The notes under the pieces are model-generated. The model was not told the origin of the DNA. It did no database searches and worked only from the letters and a program-made list of their open reading frames with translations. A DNA stretch of 63,823 nucleotides, counting the filler. It is 5 parts of 5 records of this genome, joined end to end, with 100 filler letters (N's around TTAATTAATTAA, not from the genome) between each part and the next. Parts side by side here need not be neighbours in the genome. Positions count along the whole stretch, not along the records: positions 40,163 to 47,928 come from DRR378314_1354; positions 48,029 to 57,484 come from DRR378314_1357; positions 57,585 to 63,823 come from DRR378314_1370; 2 more parts are not named here. One strand, given 5' to 3'. The position numbers were made by a program, and so were the translations under genes. Below, one piece after another: positions 46,361 to 57,640 of the stretch (positions are counted from its first letter, which is position 1; each line of letters starts with the position of its first letter).

Positions 46361-47634
46361 AGCGCCGCTCCCCGGCCGCCGCCCTGGCCGCGGGCGGCGA
46401 TGCCTTCCACCACGTCCAGCGCCGACACCACGCCGTCTTCGTGGAAGCCGTTGCGGCACCAGGCGCCGCAGAACCAGGTGCGGTTATCGCCGTTGGCGGC
46501 CAGCAGGCGTTCGCGGGCGAGCAGCCCCTCGGTGGTGAACAGCGGGTGGTGGAACACCTCCCGGCGGATCACCGTTTCCGGGCGGATCCGGTCACCGGCA
46601 TTGAGGGTCACGCAGAAGGTCTCCGGCGCTTGAAAGCCCTGCAGAATATTCATGTTGTAGGTCACCTGTACCGGCTCCGCGTCATCGGCGCGCCCCAGCA
46701 GGGCGTTCCAGCTCGACCACACCCGGCGGCGCTTGGGCAGCATGGCGGTGTCGGTGTGCAGCACCACGTCGTTGGGCTGGTAGCGCAGGTCCGCCAGGCA
46801 GTCCCGCTCACGCGGGCCCGCGTCGTCCAAAAGCGCCAGGGTCTGGTCGCTGTGGCAGGCCATCACCACCTGATCGAAACGGTGGCTGTCGCCGCCGGCT
46901 TGCACCGTGACGCCCTCGCTGCCCCGGCGCACACCGGTGACCGGCGTGGCGGTGTGGAAGCGGGCGCCGCAGGCGGCGCGCAGGGCTTCCACATAGCGGC
47001 TGGAGCCGCCGGGCACCACGTACCACTGGGGCCGGTTCCGCAACGCCAGCAAACCGTGGTTGATAAAAAACCGCACGAAGAATTTGGCCGGAAACGCTTC
47101 CATCTGCGCCAGGGAGCAGGACCAGATGGCGCCGCCCATGGGCAGAATATAATGCCGCCGGAAGCGCTCGCCATAGCCCTGTTCGTTCAGATAAGCGCCC
47201 AGGGGCTGCTCGCCGGCGTCGCTGTCCAGCAGCGCCGGCGCCTCCCGGTTGAAGCGCAGAATATCGCGCAGCAACGCCCAGTGACCGGGGTCCAGCAGAT
47301 TACGGCGCCGCCCGAAAAAGCCGCCCAGGCCGTCACCGCAGTATTCCACGCCGGTTTCCGCGTCGGTGACCGCGAAGCCCATGGCGGTGGGCTGGCGGCC
47401 GATGCCGAGCTCCGCCAGCAGCGCCTCGAAGCGCGGATAGGTGCGGTCGTTGAACACGATAAAGCCCATGTCCACGGCGTAGTCGCCGTGCTCGCGCTGC
47501 ACGTCCACGGTGAAGGTGTGGCCGCCCAGGCGGGGCTCGGCTTCGAACAGCGTCACCTGGTGGTCGCGGCTCAGATACCAGGCGGCGGTCAGGCCGGCGA
47601 TGCCGCCGCCGACAATGGCGATGCGCTGGCTCAA
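46357..47634 (-). CDS. FAD-dependent oxidoreductase (UfaD-like, amine oxidase family)
   Basis: IAIVGGGIAGL, RLGGH, VDMGFIVFNDRTYP, WSSWN, GAWCRNGFHEDG. Confidence 0.92.
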   Translation of the reverse strand: MSQRIAIVGGGIAGLTAAWYLSRDHQVTLFEAEPRLGGHTFTVDVQREHGDYAVDMGFIVFNDRTYPRFEALLAELGIGRQPTAMGFAVTDAETGVEYCGDGLGGFFGRRRNLLDPGHWALLRDILRFNREAPALLDSDAGEQPLGAYLNEQGYGERFRRHYILPMGGAIWSCSLAQMEAFPAKFFVRFFINHGLLALRNRPQWYVVPGGSSRYVEALRAACGARFHTATPVTGVRRGSEGVTVQAGGDSHRFDQVVMACHSDQTLALLDDAGPRERDCLADLRYQPNDVVLHTDTAMLPKRRRVWSSWNALLGRADDAEPVQVTYNMNILQGFQAPETFCVTLNAGDRIRPETVIRREVFHHPLFTTEGLLARERLLAANGDNRTWFCGAWCRNGFHEDGVVSALDVVEGIAARGQGGGRGAAL

Positions 47635-47928
47635 GAGGCGTCTCCGTTCTGCTGGTTCCAGGCGTCGCGGGCGGCGCGGAAGGCGCTCTCCACCCGCTGC
47701 TTGACGCCCTGGTGGGCGACGATCGTGGTGGGGTAATCCGGGGTCATCAAAGGCTGCTTCCAGGGTTCATGGATGGTCTTGTCGTCGGCGGTGGCCAGCT
47801 CCGGCACATAGCGGGCGATAAAGCGGCCCTGCGGATCGAAGCGGTGGCTCTGGCGCACCGGACTGAATACACGGAAATACGGCGCGGCGTCGGTGCCGGT
47901 GGAGGCGCTCCACTGCCAGCCGCCGTTG
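47631..47928 (-). CDS. phrB: Class I CPD photolyase, 3' fragment
   Basis: NGGWQWSASTGTDAAPYFRVFSPVRQSHRFDPQGRFIARYVPEL. Confidence 0.92.
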
Positions 47929-48028
47929 NNNNNNNNNNNNNNNNNNNNNNNNNNNNNNNNNNNNNNNNNNNNTTAATTAATTAANNNNNNNNNNNNNNNN
48001 NNNNNNNNNNNNNNNNNNNNNNNNNNNN
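47929..48028. other. Artificial contig linker
   Basis: 44N-TTAATTAATTAA-44N. Confidence 0.98.
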
Positions 48029-48291
48029 CGGCGTTGGGAACACGGTGCGTTGCATGTGTCGTAATTGCAACATAAACTTATTGGGCAGATTTGCATAATC
48101 CACTTTCAAAGAATACAATTCGTTAATCATGTCGATTACTTTTTTGTGACAAGGAACATGCGAAAGCGCGGGGCCGGGAACCTAGCAGAGGAAGGCGAAA
48201 TAGCACTCCCCTGCTTGCAACGAGAGTGCCTTATGTGGGTGATACCCAGCGCCGCTCGTCATGTTTGCGGTCCCGGTCGTTTGCGCTTCAG

Positions 48292-51200
48292 GCCGTGCGT
48301 AGCAGCCTTGTGGGAGCAAAATGGCAGGGAGCATCACGGGAGATGAAGTTGGAACAAGACGCACAAGCAGAGTGCGAAAGCAACGAGGCGGAGCGGCGTA
48401 GGTCGCGAGGTCGTGTCGTACGATACGGACACGTCATTCAACTTCGTCACGTCAAGAGTGGCCGGTTTTTATCGATACGACGGCGCGAAGGCGCGCGGCT
48501 CCAGGTGCGTAAACACATATTCGATTTTTTTCTGTGAGACAAAAACATTTGCATTGGTTTCGTCTTTTATAATTGTGCCCTTATTCGATACGCCCAGCTG
48601 CCTTCGGTTGTGTGCCCACAGGCGCTCCCGCTCTTGCTCGCCGGTGCTACGAGCTTTCCCGCGCCAAGGGTGTCGGCCCTGGACGCCGTAGCATCGCCTG
48701 CTTCCATATCTTCTTGGTACCCGCGATTTAGGCAAGGTGTGAATACTTTTTTGGCATTTGTACAGTCGAGCCTTTCGCACACCCAGATCTGTAGCGAGTG
48801 AAGTGCACCGTCAGTGCCTCGATGACGACACAAAAAGGCACCACGGAAAGCAAACCGCAGGGTACTCACCGTACCACATCGTGCGCTCGCGTGCGGCCTC
48901 GCAAACTATGCCTTCTCAGAAAGAGGCTGTCCGAGTCGAGCTTATCGATCGAGGGGATGCAGGTTCTTGGTTTCTTATCATGCCTTCATATCGTTCGAGG
49001 GGCGAAGGCGAGGTCGTTCACTACGATGACGAGGTGATGCTGTCGAGCGTCCAAGTGATGCAGGTACGTTCGCCGCTTGCAGAGCAGAGCCCAGGGTCGC
49101 TTTCCCGTTTCGCGATTCGCATATATACCCCAAGACTAAGCAGACGACTGCATGGAATCATCGTATTACATCTCGATAGCTAACGCTATTGATTTTATAT
49201 CAGATCGAACATCCATCACGCCTTTTCTTTACGGAAAAGGCAAATAATAGCATATCCTCTGTGTGCTGATGCCATCACTTTTCGTGCGCAAGTTTCGGAA
49301 CGTGCTTACCTCACGGGGAGTCTTTTGCCGACTCAACCGCGCGCCAATTGGAACGATTTCGCAGTACATTCGATCAAGCCACATACAAATGGTCCCAAGG
49401 CGATTTGAGGTGAATGCAAGTCCGGAGCCATTTCGCTGGCTTGTGCGGCAATATCGCGCGCGCGAGGCAACCGCAAGAAAAACAATCCACGGCGGCGGGA
49501 TTGTGCAGCTACTGCATGTTGAAAGCAACGTATTCATTCGGGACGAAGACGGTCGACCGATCCTCTCACTCTCGCCGGACAATCGAAACAGTCCGGATAT
49601 ACTTGCTGGACAAGCTGCAAGCTCCGTAATGAGCTTATGGGAAATTGAAAACGAGAACGCAGAGTCCGGAGCAGCAATCGTTACCGGAAGTCCTATACGA
49701 ATCCGGAACATGGTGTCTGGCAAGTACCTTGGCGTACACGAGCCAGAGTGCCCCTCATCAGCAACCATATCGCAGCAAGATCCACATGTATCCCACATGA
49801 TGTCCTGTTTGACAACACAAGCAGACTCTGACACATTGTTTGTTCTGCATTCTATTGATTCGGGAGCTCGAGCGGATGTAGAGGAAGGGCGGCACCTGCG
49901 TATCCGGCATCTCAGCACCGGCCGCTGGGTCCACGCTGAAGGCCAAGCGCTCGTCCCATCGCGAACGCTACATTTGGAAGACACTTTTACGATGTCTGTG
50001 GCATCCAGTGACACAGTAAGCGAAATGTTTCATGTGACGAGTGTTATTCCCTCGATATCTGCATTTCGACAGTCTGTACATGCAAAGCGCAGGGGCGCTG
50101 CGCGGTCGGAGCCCAGTAGCACGGCGTCTGCGAAGAGTTCCGTCCTCACGCCAGCCCCACTTCCCTTGAGTGACGAGTCTCACATGCTGCGGAGATCTCG
50201 CGACATGTTTTCCAGTTTAATCTTCTTTGTAGTAGGTGCTGATCATGGAGATAACGCGCTTGCCGCATCCAGTATACCTGTTCGGCGGCGGCAAGACACG
50301 GTCCGCGAGCTAGGAGCACTGGACCAGTCTATGCAATGCGTGTTGGAACTGTTTGCGAGCGGTGCGATCACGTTCGCCACGTTGCATCAGCCGCGAAACC
50401 AGCAGTATCTCCTCATCTGCCGCCTTATATATAAACTCATTACATTGTTATGTCGTGGAAACGAAACGAGTTGTGCACATATGACCGCATATGTGTCGCA
50501 GGTACAAACTCATATGCGAGCAATCCCCGAAGCCTCGGAAGCGCTGATGGAAATATTCAAGGACAATACGGCCCTTGTCCACGCAGTGAGCGACGATCAG
50601 ATTCTATTCTTCATTCGTGCGATTCAATCACAGGGGCGAGATCTTATGTACATCGACTTTCTTGCAGTGCTCTGCGAATGCCAAGGGCTTGGTGTTCCTC
50701 AGAACCAGGTAAGCCAAGCGGCGCGTTGAAAATTATTCGTGTACGAGGTGACCGCGCACGTGGCCTGGCGCCATCAGGATCCTAACACGCCTCTATCCCG
50801 CACGTCGCTCCCGGCGCCGCCCACATCCTCCTCCAGAGGCGCACTGTTTCATACTCTTGGAGGATGCAGCGGCCCCTTTCATTGGCAATATATAAATTGT
50901 GTTAGATGTTACACTGCCCGGAAATGGAAGAACTGGTATAATAGGCGAGCAAACAGCGCACGTTCGTCCCTGCTTGTGCCGCGCTTTGTCAGAGACGCGA
51001 AGAATGCCGTGGGGAGAACGAAGGGTTTGCGTCAGTGGACACGAAGCAGCATTGAGCCAGCGTGACCACAATAGCAACACTGCAGCTAGCATGCACTGTT
51101 CTCAGCTCGTGCCCTTTCGCGCTAGGGAGATGAAACGAGTGGAGAGATATAGGGCGAGAATAAGAGGAAGAAAAGAAAACTTGATACAATACTTCAGCCA

Positions 51201-54200
51201 AACTACTGCAACGTAAAAAGGCTTTGGCAAACGGGCGGCCTTGGCTTGAGAGACGGTCTGTGCTAAACCAACTTCATTCGCAAAGCAGGTCCAACACCTT
51301 CTTTTGATTGGTGTACACGATGTGATAAACACACAAACGCGACAACATATAGTTTGCGTTTTGCAATTGTAAACAATCGCCGGGGCTGTGCACCTACCAC
51401 CCTCACTCGATAGGAGGTACCCTTCCCCCCCGGTCTTGTGTCACACCCATGAACGGTGAGCATACAGCCCCGAAGCCGAGTTCCAGAGCCACTCATAGAA
51501 TCACATTGTTATGTTACGAAACCGCGGGGGCTTCTATAGCGAACATCAGCAAGAGTAACTTCCGTTTACTTCTTTTTGTTCTGGGAACTTTCCCTTTCTC
51601 TGTTCAACCAGGACCGGATCAGCGCAATCTTGCTCGGCGAGCACCCGGAACTCGTGCTGCAGCATCGAATTCGCGATGGCGCCCTTGAGATCTTGACACA
51701 GCGATTCACAACTGATGACACGTCAGACGAGTCATCGTCTTCTTCTTCCTCCAATCCCATGCACGATGGCGAAAGAGTCAGCTCTGACGATGAAGTCGGG
51801 GGAGACAGGAACCATCTTTCGAGCGAGTCCACTCTCGCAAGTTCCACCGCGCGCGAGGAACGTCGGCGCGTCCGCAACGCCGTCCGCAACGTTCGCTCCG
51901 TTCAGCGAAACATCGAGCGCCGTCAGCGCAAGAGACGTCGACGACGCGGCACAGAGCTTCAGCATCGCGCGGTCCAGCGAAGCTTTGACGAACGCATTTG
52001 GATGAGTGCGGCAGAGTACGCCGACAACACACCATCCGGGCTTCAGGAGTTCGATTGTCGCATGCTCGCACTGCTAGCACGCCTCTGCCGCGGCCGTAAC
52101 GCGTCCGCAGCGCTCCGCGTTGCACAACACTTTCCGCAGCGCGTCTGCCTTGCTGGCGCTGCAACGCGCAGCCTGCCCGATGCCTTTCGTCAAGCCTACT
52201 GCGAGATTCTGATCGCTACATACGTTGACGCGGACCCGCAGCAATACGTTCCACCAATCAACTATACGCGATCGCTTTCCACACTCTCCGCGCAAACTTC
52301 GCGCCACACGCGCGGACAGAGCACTCAGTTGAAGAACACGCGCCTCCTCAAAAGTTTTGTGCTTGGCCAACTTGTCCAAAATAGCGCTCTGGATCCGAAA
52401 CGGTCTGCTCGAAACAAGTTTGTGCATGCAGTCGTGCGCATATGTAAAATGCTCATGTTCTTCGGCTTCTTCACAGATACAACGGAGATAACCGCCTTGA
52501 TACAGCCCCTGCTCAAGGCGTTAGATGGGCGTTCGGACAAATGCGCATCCGACAACGAGCGCTGGGCAGACACGGACGAAAATCGGCTTCTCATTGCAAC
52601 AAAACTGGAAATCTTGGAGATTCTCACATATCTCTTGGATATGCTGCTCGATCTCCGCCTCACCAGAACACTCATGATTCTCCAGAAACATGTGTTCTCC
52701 GCAACACCAACAACTACACATCACATGCATCGGAAAGAGCTGCACGCCGTTCTGTCGGACAACACGTTTGAGCTCGAGGGCGAAGACAGCCCGCTTGTGG
52801 CGATTCTGTTGGATATGACATTTTATCAACATCGCGGCTTAGCACGCGCGGCACTTGGGCTTCTACATCGAGTGTTCTTGCGTGAAGATTTGTTCATTAC
52901 GGCAGTACAGCAGCTGCAAATTCTCGTGTCGGAAGCGTCCGAGCAGGCGTATGCGGATGCGCAGGCACTCTCGCAGCGCTTGCGCAAGTTGGTAAGCGGG
53001 CGTGTGCTTGACGACGCAGCCGAAAGTGCACTCGAAGAAATTTTAGTGGCGCTCGATGCCATGTTCGACGAGCACGACCACTCATCCCGCGCTGAGCTGC
53101 AAAAATCGTTGCGCAATTTGAATATCCACCACGAAGTTGTAAGCGTTCTGAAGACCCTAGTGATGAGGACGACAATGTCCGCCGAGGCAGGCGCGACGCA
53201 GCCGACCATACGAACAGCGTCAGTCGTACGCCGCGCGGTTTCGCTTGCTTGCAATTTTTGTCGCGACTCCCCGCAGAACAAAGCGCTTGTTTTCCAGGAA
53301 AACAGACTATGGGAAGAGCTTTTGGATTGGGAGGTGGGCGCAGATGAGTTGATTGAGACGTGCGTAGTCGGAATGCCTTCGATAGCGGTGCAAGTCACCG
53401 AGCGCCTCGTGGGCCGTTTCCTCGGCAGGGTGAAGAAGCTGGACCACGCGCCGGAGAGTCTCTCGTTCCTTTTCGCACTGCTACGGTCTGGTGGCAGCGC
53501 ACGCCGTGCTAGTCAACATCTTGTACTCAAGGCGCTCCTTGAGGCGCAGGATCGAGTGATGCTTCTGTTCAACGAGCCTTCCGGGTACGCGGAGAGGGTG
53601 GCGTTGATGCACCGTTGCCGCGGAGGCGAGGCACGAGCAACGCGGATCATTGCATACTACATTCGTCTGCTCGCAATCATTGCCGACTGTGCAGAAGGGG
53701 CAAATTATCTCACTGAGCTCAAATGCCAGTCCCTTTTTACACTTGATGAGCTTGTCCGTCCCATGCTGGATCCTGAAACGCTTCCCTCAGTGCGAGCCGC
53801 TTTGGGCGCCGTCATGGAAGAAGTCTTTTTCATCACAGAAAAGCGGACGGACGATATGGCGGCAGATCCGGCTCTTTGGGAATGGGTCGCAGCGCTCCCA
53901 GCCGCTGTGCTTGCAGTGTGCACTGACCGAGCACTCGTTGGTAAGAGGGACGGAACTACGAAAGGGTCGACCTCTGCGCCAGAGAGCTCGGAAGAGCCCG
54001 CAGTGCACGAGGAGGGCGCTTCGGAGAGATCCACTGCCCTCGCACCAGGCTCGCTGATGCCGAACGAGCATTGGAGTGGCACAGCGGCACGAAGCAGCAC
54101 GAGCGCCACTGATATGGAGCAGCAGGACGTGCTTTTCACTTCTGAGCAACAGTATGTGTATGTATCGTTCGTATATATTCCGCTGGTTGCCCTATTTGTG

Positions 54201-57200
54201 AAGCGTCATGTCCTTTCTGCGCGCCTGTCGGACTCAGAGCGGGACATCATCGAAGATATTGGCGCATTGTGTGAAAGTGCTCTTCAGAAGCACCTTGTCC
54301 AACCCGACGACACCGCGCTTTCGGATGCCCTAACTTTGCTTCTGGATGCTGTTCAGGCTCATACACAGCCCGCTCTTCAGCAGCGATCGCTAGTTAAGCG
54401 AAATTATGCTGGCGAAGAGAGCTCGAGGAGCTCAGCGCCACTTCTCCCACTGCCAGTGCGAAGGCTTCAAGCAACCTCTGTGCTGCAGAGGATTGACTTT
54501 GACGGGAATATGCTGCGCTTGCGCCCGTACCCATTCGTGCGCGTGGAACAGAGTATTGTACGCGAACCAACCCTCCCCCGTACTTCGTATGGAGCGGCAA
54601 CCCATCCAGTGGGCGAAAGCTCTGGGGAGGACCTCGCGTCGCACCCGCCCAGTGATGGCAGCGCACCGCGGCGCGACACCTCCACAGCGCCCCCAGCCGT
54701 GAGCCGCTCGACAGAGCTACGCCTTGTGCACCGCGTAGCGCAGTCTTTTGAAACATTTTGCCGCTCAATGCACGAAGCATCGAATATAGGTATAGAGTTT
54801 GATCGCTTAGTTGCAACAATTAAGAGCGAGCCCAGGACAGTATACTCGCAAATGATTCGCCAACTACTCGCGCCTGTATCGCACGCCGAGGCGGCAGGGT
54901 CGCCGCAGGATCGTAGGGGCGCGCTGCACGACCCCCGTCGATTCCCCGGTGGGACGCAGGAAGAAACTTCCGTGTCGTTGAGCCAGCAGCAGCATTCCAA
55001 ATCAGATGTTTACCTTGTTGTTTCATTGTGTAATGTCCTGGCACATACACTTGCGTCCGAGAAAGGCAAGGTATTGGGCGACTTGCAGGCCACCATGGAT
55101 GAGTCGGGCGCAGGACCGGCGATTTGCTTGCTTATCGGCTCTGGTATCGGCGAGCTGGTCCGTCCGGCTCTCCGCCTTGGGTGCGAGCTCCTGCAAGGAG
55201 GATACACTCCGGTCCAGCGCTCAATTTATGAGCATTTTCTACACTCTCGCGACGAGCGGTTCTTTTTAGAGATTCGAGGCCGCATTCGTGCTGTCGGGCG
55301 CGCTCTGAAGGAGGATGGTGGCGCGGTCGCTACAGCGGAGCTGTCGAACGACGGGGAGGTCCGCGAAGCTGCAGCGCCTTGGAAGCCGTGGCAACCAGTC
55401 CGTGCACAAGAGGTAGGCTCTACTCGCAATGATCCATCATCTACTCAACCAAGGGAAACTCGCGCTCGCACAATTGTACAGGCGGGAGGGACCGACTCCT
55501 TCTCCATGGGATCACTCCTTCGCGACCGCGATGACGGCGCGTTGGCCCGCGTCCGCACTGCCATCGACGAAGCGCACCTTGTTCTGAGCTTCATCCAGCT
55601 ACTTTGCGAGGGTCATTACGCCGACTTGCAAAATTTTCTGCGTGACCAGCATTGCAACTTCCGATCGGTGGACGTCGTATCCGAAGTGGTGGACCTGCTA
55701 CTATCGGTGGAGCGAAGTATATCACTTGCGACGATAGGCCTCGTGCAGCGAATCTTTGCGACGCTGACTGAGCTTGTGCAAGGACCTTGCCGTGAAAACC
55801 AAAAGGCGCTTATCAACACAAAATTGTGTGAAAGCATTAACCGCATTCTCCGCGAGCCGTTCCCACAGCTGGCCAGCGTTGACGACGTGCTTGCTTTGAA
55901 GATTGCAGCCCTCGGCACTCTTCTGTCGCTTCTCGAGTCAGCAGAGCCAGAGTCTCCGACCGCCCTGCGTATGATTGCCTCGCTCGAATGGCGCACCCTC
56001 GCGCTAAACATCGTTGAACTTGCAGTAGCACAAGAGCAGCTCTCTACTACGCACAGGGCGGTACAGGAGGACGAAGGGCCTGGCGCTGACGTAGGCACGG
56101 ACGTGCACATCGAAGATGGGGTTGTCGTCGTGCGTGAAGTGGTTCACAAACCGCGACGAAGAGCCGGCGAGTTCTCCCAAGAACTCACACCCCTGGATCC
56201 AACTTCATTTTCGACCTCGCCCAAAGACCACGATTTTGGCCTTACTGGCGAATCCTTTCGCAGTGTAAGTTCCCATGACGAGAGGAAGCATGCCCCCCGC
56301 TGGCTGTCGCACCTGCAGCAGCTTGTCGAAGTGTCCACGCTGGCAAACATGTGCGACGAGGAGGCCATATCGTCCACCTTGATGGCCCATGTGATCCTCT
56401 GGAAAACGCTGGAGACCTTTGATAGCAATAGTGTGATAAAGCGTGAGTGCAGAGCGCTAGGCGAACACCTTTCGTCCTTTTTGGACCTCATGCGCTCGTT
56501 TGACGAGCGGATCCAAAGCGTGGAGATAGTGCGCCACGGTAGCCTTGAACGCGTGCACTTCCCTGCGCCTCACGAGCTCGGCTTTCTCTCCAAAACGTCC
56601 ATGAAGCGTGTTATACGAACAGTCAACCGAGACAATCCGTCACAGAAGCTAATGGATTTTTTCGGTCGGTTCGATGGGTTATTATCCGAGATTGACGCGC
56701 AGCGCAAGCTCCGCGAGTCGCAATGGCTGTCGTGGCTGTACGCGCGAAGGAGAATATGGAGGGACGTCTCGTTTGCTGCCGCGCTTCTGATAAACGCTCT
56801 GATCATAGTTTTCGTTGGAAAGCCCGGGGAGGACGCGCGGTTTGGTGTATCAATCGGAGTTATACTACTTCTGATCACAGCGTTTGGTGTGGTCCAGCTC
56901 GTATGTGGCAGTTTGGTACTTGTAGTGGAGTACTACCTGCGCGGGACTGTCATTGTCTCGCAAAAGTGGGCGCAGACGCTGCACGGCAGACAGGTGCGCC
57001 GCGATGCGCGATACCGTGTTATCAGCCTTGGATTCCTTCTCCGCGACGGAACCATGCTCTATCGCGTGCTGTACGTACTTTTCACTGTCGTTGGACTGGC
57101 GGGTGTTCCGTACATCTACGTATTCCACCTCTTTGACATCGTTCCACGGAATCCGCTGCTCACAAATGTGCTCGAGTCGGTCACTCTGAATGTCAAGCCA

Positions 57201-57337
57201 CTGGCTCTGACTTTGCTCTTCGGGCTAGTTGTGATGTACGGCTACGCGGAAGTTGCTCTTCTGTACTTTTCCGATACCTATGATCCATACGAATGTGCCG
57301 ATGTTCTTTCGTGCTTTGTTAGCACGGTCAATCAGGG
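48292..57337 (+). CDS. Inositol 1,4,5-trisphosphate receptor-family Ca2+-release channel, spliced, partial at both ends
   Basis: Exons 48292..48504, 48920..49063, 49365..50708, 51612..57337 (GT-AG, phases fit). GRVVRYGHVIQLRHVKSGRFL and GSWFLIMP (suppressor domain), MIR repeats, RIH (YIDFLAVLC), RIH-associated IQLLCEGHYADLQNFLRDQ and TLTELVQGPCRENQ, SVEIVRHGSLERVHFP, TM region, pore helix CADVLSCFVSTVNQG. Confidence 0.93.
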
Positions 57338-57484
57338 GTACGGAGCGGTGCGGGATCGCCTGCTTTTCACGTCTTTCCCGCGCACACGCACTCGGTTAGT
57401 CAGCGGCGCGCGAGCGTACGCGCTCGCCATCTGCGCGGCAAGGAAAAAGAATCCGAGTACAGCACGACAGCTGTATACCAAGTA

Positions 57485-57584
57485 NNNNNNNNNNNNNNNN
57501 NNNNNNNNNNNNNNNNNNNNNNNNNNNNTTAATTAATTAANNNNNNNNNNNNNNNNNNNNNNNNNNNNNNNNNNNNNNNNNNNN
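57485..57584. other. Artificial contig linker
   Basis: 44N-TTAATTAATTAA-44N. Confidence 0.98.
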
Positions 57585-57640
57585 TTCTGCATCTTGAGGT
57601 GGTTTGGGTATACTCCCAATGTAGATGTACCTAAATACGG

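Noticed and set aside
40168-47736. Long + strand ORFs (40168-41571, 44779-46053, 46441-47736), and similar ones opposite alaS and typA
   Set aside because: Antisense shadows of real high-GC genes, caused by codon bias.
57338-57484. ORF tail YGAVRDRLLF... suggesting an IP3R without the GGGxGD selectivity filter
   Set aside because: A gg|gtacgg donor falls right after the pore helix (NQG), so this is most likely intron and the filter exon lies beyond the contig end.
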